A program made the translations under genes and the position numbers. 31,809 nt of DNA from Gemmatimonadota bacterium (lineage in GTDB: Bacteria > Gemmatimonadota > Gemmatimonadetes > Longimicrobiales > Gaopeijiaceae), in assembly GCA_039589315.1 (NCBI GenBank), contig JBDHHQ010000051.1, forward strand, positions 1 to 31,809. Direction: 5' to 3'. Under the pieces are notes generated by a model. The model ran no database searches and had not been told where the DNA came from. It worked only from the letters and a program-made list of their open reading frames with translations. Below are positions 27,449 to 31,809 of this stretch, one piece after another. Each line of letters begins with the position of its first letter. Position 1 is the first letter of the stretch.

Positions 27449-29227
27449 ATGGACGAGCTCGCGACCACGCGCCGCCGCTTCCTCGCGTACTTCTCCGGCG
27501 TGGGGCTCACCTCCACGCTGCTGCCCGGGGCCCTTTGGGCCCGGATGCAGGAGCAGGAGGCCGCCGAGGTCACGTCGTCGATGATCCTTCAGTCGGCGTC
27601 GGTCTCGGGGCTCGAGCTCAGCGAGGAGCAGGCCGAGGCCATGGCCGAGGGGGTCAATCGGAACCTCGAGGGCTACGCCGCGCTCCGCGAATTCAGCCTG
27701 GACCATGAAGTCGGGCCGCCGATCCACTTCAATCCGCTCGTCCCGGGCATGACCGTGGATCGCAAGGAACGCCCGTTCCGTGCGAGCTCCGCCGAGGGCC
27801 TGCAACGCCCGTCGAATCTCGAAGAGGTAGCGTTCTGGCCTCTCACGGGGCTCGCCGAGCTGATCCGCACCCGCCAGGTCAAGTCGACGGAGCTGACCGA
27901 GATGTACCTGGCCCGGTTGAAGCGCTTCAACCCAACCCTCAACTGCGTGGTCACCTTCACGGACGAGCTGGCCATGGCCGAGGCCGAGCGCGCCGACCGG
28001 GCCCTCGCCTCGGGTACGTACCTGGGGCTGCTCCACGGCGTCCCGTGGGGAGCCAAGGACATCATCGCGGTGAAGGGATACCCCACCACGTGGGGGTCGA
28101 ACGCCTTCAAAGACCGGGAGACCGACTTCGACGCCACCGTCGTAGCCCGCTTGCGGGAGGCCGGCGCCGTTCTGATCGCGAAGCTCACGACCGGCGAGTT
28201 GGCCTCGGGCGACCGGTGGTTCGGAGGCCGCACCCGTAATCCCTGGGACCCGAGCGCCGGCTCCAGCGGCTCGTCGGCGGGGCCGGCGTCCGCAACCGTG
28301 GCCGGGTGCGTCGGGTTCGCAATCGGAACCGAGACGAGTGGGTCCATCCTGAGCCCTTCCATCGCCTGCGGCGCAACGGGGCTCCGGCCCACCTTCGGTC
28401 GCGTGAGTCGATACGGGTCCATGACCCTACGGTGGACCGGTGACCGTCTAGGTCCGATCTGCCGAACCGCCGAGGATTGCGCCGTAGTCCTCCGTGCCAT
28501 CGCCGAGCCCGACCCGCGGGACCCCAGCGTCCTCGACATTCCCTTCAACTGGGACGCCGAGCTGGCCGTGGGCTCGCTGCGCATCGGGTACCTGGCGGAC
28601 GCGTTCGCCGACGACCCCTCCAAGGGGGACGACTGGACGGCGAACGACCAGAGGGCGCTGGACCAGCTCCGCGCCGCGGGGATCGAGCTCCAATCCGTGC
28701 CGACCCCGCTGCGGGACTTTCCCCTCGACGCGCTCAGGCCCCTCTCGGCCGAGTCCACGGCTGCCTTCGACGCCTTCCTCCGTGAGGGCCGGGAGGCGGA
28801 GCTGGGGCGGCCCGAGCGTGGGGCGCGCTGGCGGGTGGGTCGGACGGTTCCCGCGGTAGAATACCTGCAGGCCCAGCGCGTGCGCAGCGTCCTGATGACC
28901 CGACTGCACGAAGCGCTCGAGGAGGTGGACGTCGTCGTCGCGCCGTACGGAGACAGTCGGGGATACCTGCGCGGCGAGCAGACCGGCAACCGCGCGGGCA
29001 GTGGTCCCCGCCCCCAGAGGCGTCCTGCCACGTCCCAGTTCTTCCAGTTGGCGAACCACGCCTGCTACCCGGCCGTCGCTGTCCGGCACGGCCTGGGCGA
29101 AGGCGGACTCCCGACCGGTTTCACCTTCGTGGGCAAGCCGTTCAGCGAGGCCCCAATCCTGGCCGTTGCCAAGGCCTATCAGGACGCGACGTCCTTCCAC
29201 GTGGAGCGTCCCACCCTGGGAGGGTGA
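27449..29227 (+). CDS. Amidase signature family protein, probably Tat-exported
   Basis: TRRRFLAY signal; GVPWGAKD (Lys), GSSGSSAG, IGTETSGSI catalytic motifs; GLRPTFGRVSR. Confidence 0.92.
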   Translation: MDELATTRRRFLAYFSGVGLTSTLLPGALWARMQEQEAAEVTSSMILQSASVSGLELSEEQAEAMAEGVNRNLEGYAALREFSLDHEVGPPIHFNPLVPGMTVDRKERPFRASSAEGLQRPSNLEEVAFWPLTGLAELIRTRQVKSTELTEMYLARLKRFNPTLNCVVTFTDELAMAEAERADRALASGTYLGLLHGVPWGAKDIIAVKGYPTTWGSNAFKDRETDFDATVVARLREAGAVLIAKLTTGELASGDRWFGGRTRNPWDPSAGSSGSSAGPASATVAGCVGFAIGTETSGSILSPSIACGATGLRPTFGRVSRYGSMTLRWTGDRLGPICRTAEDCAVVLRAIAEPDPRDPSVLDIPFNWDAELAVGSLRIGYLADAFADDPSKGDDWTANDQRALDQLRAAGIELQSVPTPLRDFPLDALRPLSAESTAAFDAFLREGREAELGRPERGARWRVGRTVPAVEYLQAQRVRSVLMTRLHEALEEVDVVVAPYGDSRGYLRGEQTGNRAGSGPRPQRRPATSQFFQLANHACYPAVAVRHGLGEGGLPTGFTFVGKPFSEAPILAVAKAYQDATSFHVERPTLGG

Positions 29228-29230
29228 CCC

Positions 29231-29265
29231 TCCCGACAGACGGGAGCGGTCGATCCTGCTAGCCT
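29231..29265 (+). promoter_or_regulatory. Shared promoter element, copy 4 (lacks the 5' half)
   Basis: TCCCGACAGACG; ACAGAC-N18-TAGCCT (29260-29265). Confidence 0.6.
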
Positions 29266-29299
29266 GAGTCATGCCCCTTCTACCCCAAGGAGGTGGGCC

Positions 29300-30866
29300 A
29301 TGACCGGAGCGGCTGCCGGGAGCACCTACGATGTCGTCGTCGCCGGAGGCGGAATCGGCGGCTTGACCTGCGGGGCCTTCCTGGCCAAGGCCGGGAAACA
29401 CGTCCTCGTCGTGGAGCAAGAGGAGCACGCCGGTGGGTTCGCCCGTGATTCACGGCACGGCGCGTACCTCATCAATCCAGCCCTCCATCTGATCTGGGGC
29501 GGAGGCCCCTCAGGACCCCCGGGCCGAGGGCTCCTGGACGCAGCGCTGAAGCGGCTGGGTGTTCGGGAGCACTGCGACTTCTCGCCGGTAGACACGTTCT
29601 ATCGAGTGCAGCGCCCCGGATTCCAGATGGACGTCCCGACGGGTCGAGAGGCATATATCGACGCGCATCGGCAGCTCTTCCCGCAGCAGGCAAAAGGGCT
29701 GCGCAACCTCGTGGGCCTCTGCTCGCAGATCTATCGAGAGTTCCTGCGACTTCCCGTCGACCCGCGAGGGTGGGACTTCGCGGTCATGCCCTTCCGGCAT
29801 CCGAAGCTCTTCCGATACGCCAACGCCACACTCGCGTCGGTCATGCGTAAGCACTTCTCCGATCCCCGCTTCTCGTCCGTCTACTCCGCCCTTTGGCCCT
29901 ATGTCGGATTGCCCCCTTCAAGGGCATCCTTCGCCGTATGGGCCACCATGATGTCCGGGTACCTGGGGGGGGGGCGCGTTCTACTGCGGCGGAGGCTTTC
30001 AGCAGCTCGCAGCCGCGATCGCGAAGGGGCTGACGCTCCACGGTGGTGAGCTGGTCTGCGGCGTTCGCGTCACCAGGATCCATGCAGCCAGCGATCGAGT
30101 GGATGGAGTCTCGCTGGACAGCGGTCAACGCATTCAAGCCGCCGTCGTGGTATCCAACATCGATGCGAAGACGACGTTCCAGGACATCCTCGAGCCTGGG
30201 CAGGCCTCGGCACGCTACCTGACAACGGTGCGGGGGCTCGAGCCGTCGCTGTCCGTCCTGGGCCTGCACCTCGCAACGGACCTGGACGTCAACGCATTGG
30301 GTGTCCCCAAAGTGACCGTCGTGGCGCCGTGGGAAGCGGACCGCGTATACGAGGCGGCCGTGAGCGGCCAGGTGAATGGCGTTGGGATACATGTCCCCAC
30401 GGTCTGTGACGCCTCCCTCGCGCCCCCGGGTGAGCACCTCGTCATCGTGCAGGCCTTCGTTCCCAGCCGGGGGTTCGACCTCTCTCCTTCGGACAGCGCT
30501 CGGTACGCCGAACTGCTGCTGGCTGAGGCGGAGACCGTGCTTCCCGGTTTGCGGGATCACATCACCTTCGTCGAGGATCACCCGGAAGGATCCGGCGAGC
30601 GACACCCGCTGCATCGCCAGGGTCCGATCTATGGATGGGCCGCCCTGCCCCGGCAGGCGGGACCGCGCAGATTGCGAAACCGGACTCCAGTTGCCGGGTT
30701 GTTCTTGACTGGACACTGGACGCAGCCCGGCCACGGGATCTGGACCGTGGTACTTTCGGGACTACAGACGGCTCGTCTGGTGTTGGGGAAGGGCGGCTCG
30801 CAGAGCTTGTGGCCGTTCGAGGAGGCCGAACCGCGGCGCACACCTCGAGGTATCAGCGCAACCTGA
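29300..30866 (+). pseudogene. Phytoene desaturase / retinol saturase family FAD oxidoreductase split at a G10 tract
   Basis: RBS AAGGAGG; YDVVVAGGGIGGLTCG Rossmann motif. Removing one G from 29965-29974 joins it to GAFYCGGGFQQLA...VVSNID...GPIYGW..RTPVAGLFLTGHWTQPGHGI. Confidence 0.85.
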
Positions 30867-30886
30867 CTTCGTTGCGTCGCTTGTTC

Positions 30887-30910
30887 GGGAAGACCTACCT
30901 TGGTCTTCCC
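30887..30910. other. Perfect inverted repeat (terminator hairpin or operator)
   Basis: GGGAAGACC-tacctt-GGTCTTCCC, between the desaturase stop and the next gene. Confidence 0.5.
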
Positions 30911-30979
30911 CCCCAAGGGCGCCCGTTCGCGCCTGCTGTCGTGGACCGCACCTACCGCTCCCTGACGTCGGAGGCCGCC

Positions 30980-31809
30980 ATGTCCCTCGATGGGAGACTC
31001 GCGGCGCAAGCCGAGACTCTGAAGTCCATCCTGGTAGCCGCTTCCCTGCTGTCGCTGCCCTCGTCAGCTTCTGGTCAGAGCGCCGTCGTGACCGCCCTCA
31101 CTCGTCCATCCGACGGCGCGAGCCTGGACACTACCGACGTGGCCGTCCGCGTCCCGTTCGGTGAGGTCGAAGGCGAACCTCTCTGGGTGGGTATGGAGCT
31201 CACTCGCTTCGACGAGATCCGAAGCGTCTCGGCTGCGGACAGCGTCGACGCAGTGATTCAGTGCTCCGGCGGCGGCGAGATCCTCCTGAGCGGGACCTTC
31301 CGCGCACTGATCCAGGAGGGGACGGAGGGCCAGACGTGTGCCATCAAGCTCTCGAGCGGCATAGCCAGCATGCAGAGTGAGGCCCCCACCGAGGTGCAGG
31401 TCGGTGAGAACACGCTGGGTCCGAGGCACACCCACTATGCGGTGCGGGTCTTTCGCGCCCGCGGGGCGCCCGGCAGCCAGGTGCTGGTCTTCGACGGTGA
31501 CGTCGTGCTTCGTTCCGGCGAAAGGGAGATCGAGACGATCTCCGCCGGGAGCGCTCGAACGGCAGCGGCTGGGAGAGCCAGTACCGACAGCCTGACCACC
31601 CGGCAAATCGTGTCCATCGCGTCTCTACAGGCTCGCGCGGATCTCGCCCGCACGCTGGTCGCGCCCGAGGACCGAAACGCCGAGCTCCGGTCACTGCAGG
31701 CAGCCCACCGAGCCGTGCTCACGGCTCCCACCGAAGCGAAACCGCGGGTCGTTCTCGCCGAGGAACAGCTGAGGCTCCAGGTGGCGGCGCCAGGCGTTCT
31801 GTACCAGCT
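30980..31809 (+). CDS. Secreted protein with a FecR-like domain (runs off window)
   Basis: Not in the ORF track; translated by hand from ATG 30980 (RBS GGAGG), open to the window end: signal peptide, LWVGMEL..DEIR, TLGPRHTHYAVRV...SQVLVFDGDVVL resembling FecR beta-strands, then a helical region. Confidence 0.65.
   Translation, partial: MSLDGRLAAQAETLKSILVAASLLSLPSSASGQSAVVTALTRPSDGASLDTTDVAVRVPFGEVEGEPLWVGMELTRFDEIRSVSAADSVDAVIQCSGGGEILLSGTFRALIQEGTEGQTCAIKLSSGIASMQSEAPTEVQVGENTLGPRHTHYAVRVFRARGAPGSQVLVFDGDVVLRSGEREIETISAGSARTAAAGRASTDSLTTRQIVSIASLQARADLARTLVAPEDRNAELRSLQAAHRAVLTAPTEAKPRVVLAEEQLRLQVAAPGVLYQ

Noticed and set aside
4337..29273. The repeated box as a CRISPR repeat or IS end
   Set aside because: Copies are kilobases apart and in the same orientation, with no spacer array, cas gene, transposase or inverted partner.
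11661..31731. Long antisense and alternate-frame ORFs (for example 11661..13361, 18933..20978, 27673..29031)
   Set aside because: Shadow ORFs expected in high-GC DNA; they overlap well-supported genes and carry no motifs.

Overview
High-GC bacterial chromosomal window. Many exported hydrolases, lipoproteins and twin-arginine substrates suggest a Gemmatimonadota-like heterotroph (inference). In order: a minus-strand operon of exported enzymes (M20 peptidase, lipoprotein, Tat-Rieske protein, two tandem amidohydrolases); a frameshifted lipoprotein; a CrtC/AttH-like protein; a 1754-aa Ser/Thr kinase-AAA ATPase-GAF-adenylate cyclase; an HpnE/desaturase-like flavoprotein; a FadL-type outer membrane channel; GyrI-like and secreted proteins; a Tat serine hydrolase; a complete sucrose cluster (PfkB kinase, sps, sus and a divergent spp-like phosphatase); an ICMT-family methyltransferase; an amidase; a phytoene-desaturase-family gene split at a G10 tract; and a partial FecR-like gene. 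The strongest signal not explained by the ORFs is a promoter-like element (TTCCTCYTYTYCCCKACAGAC-N18-TANNNT) found four times with invariant spacing upstream of four unrelated accessory genes, suggesting an uncharacterised regulon whose regulator lies outside the window. No rRNA, tRNA, CRISPR array or transposase was seen.
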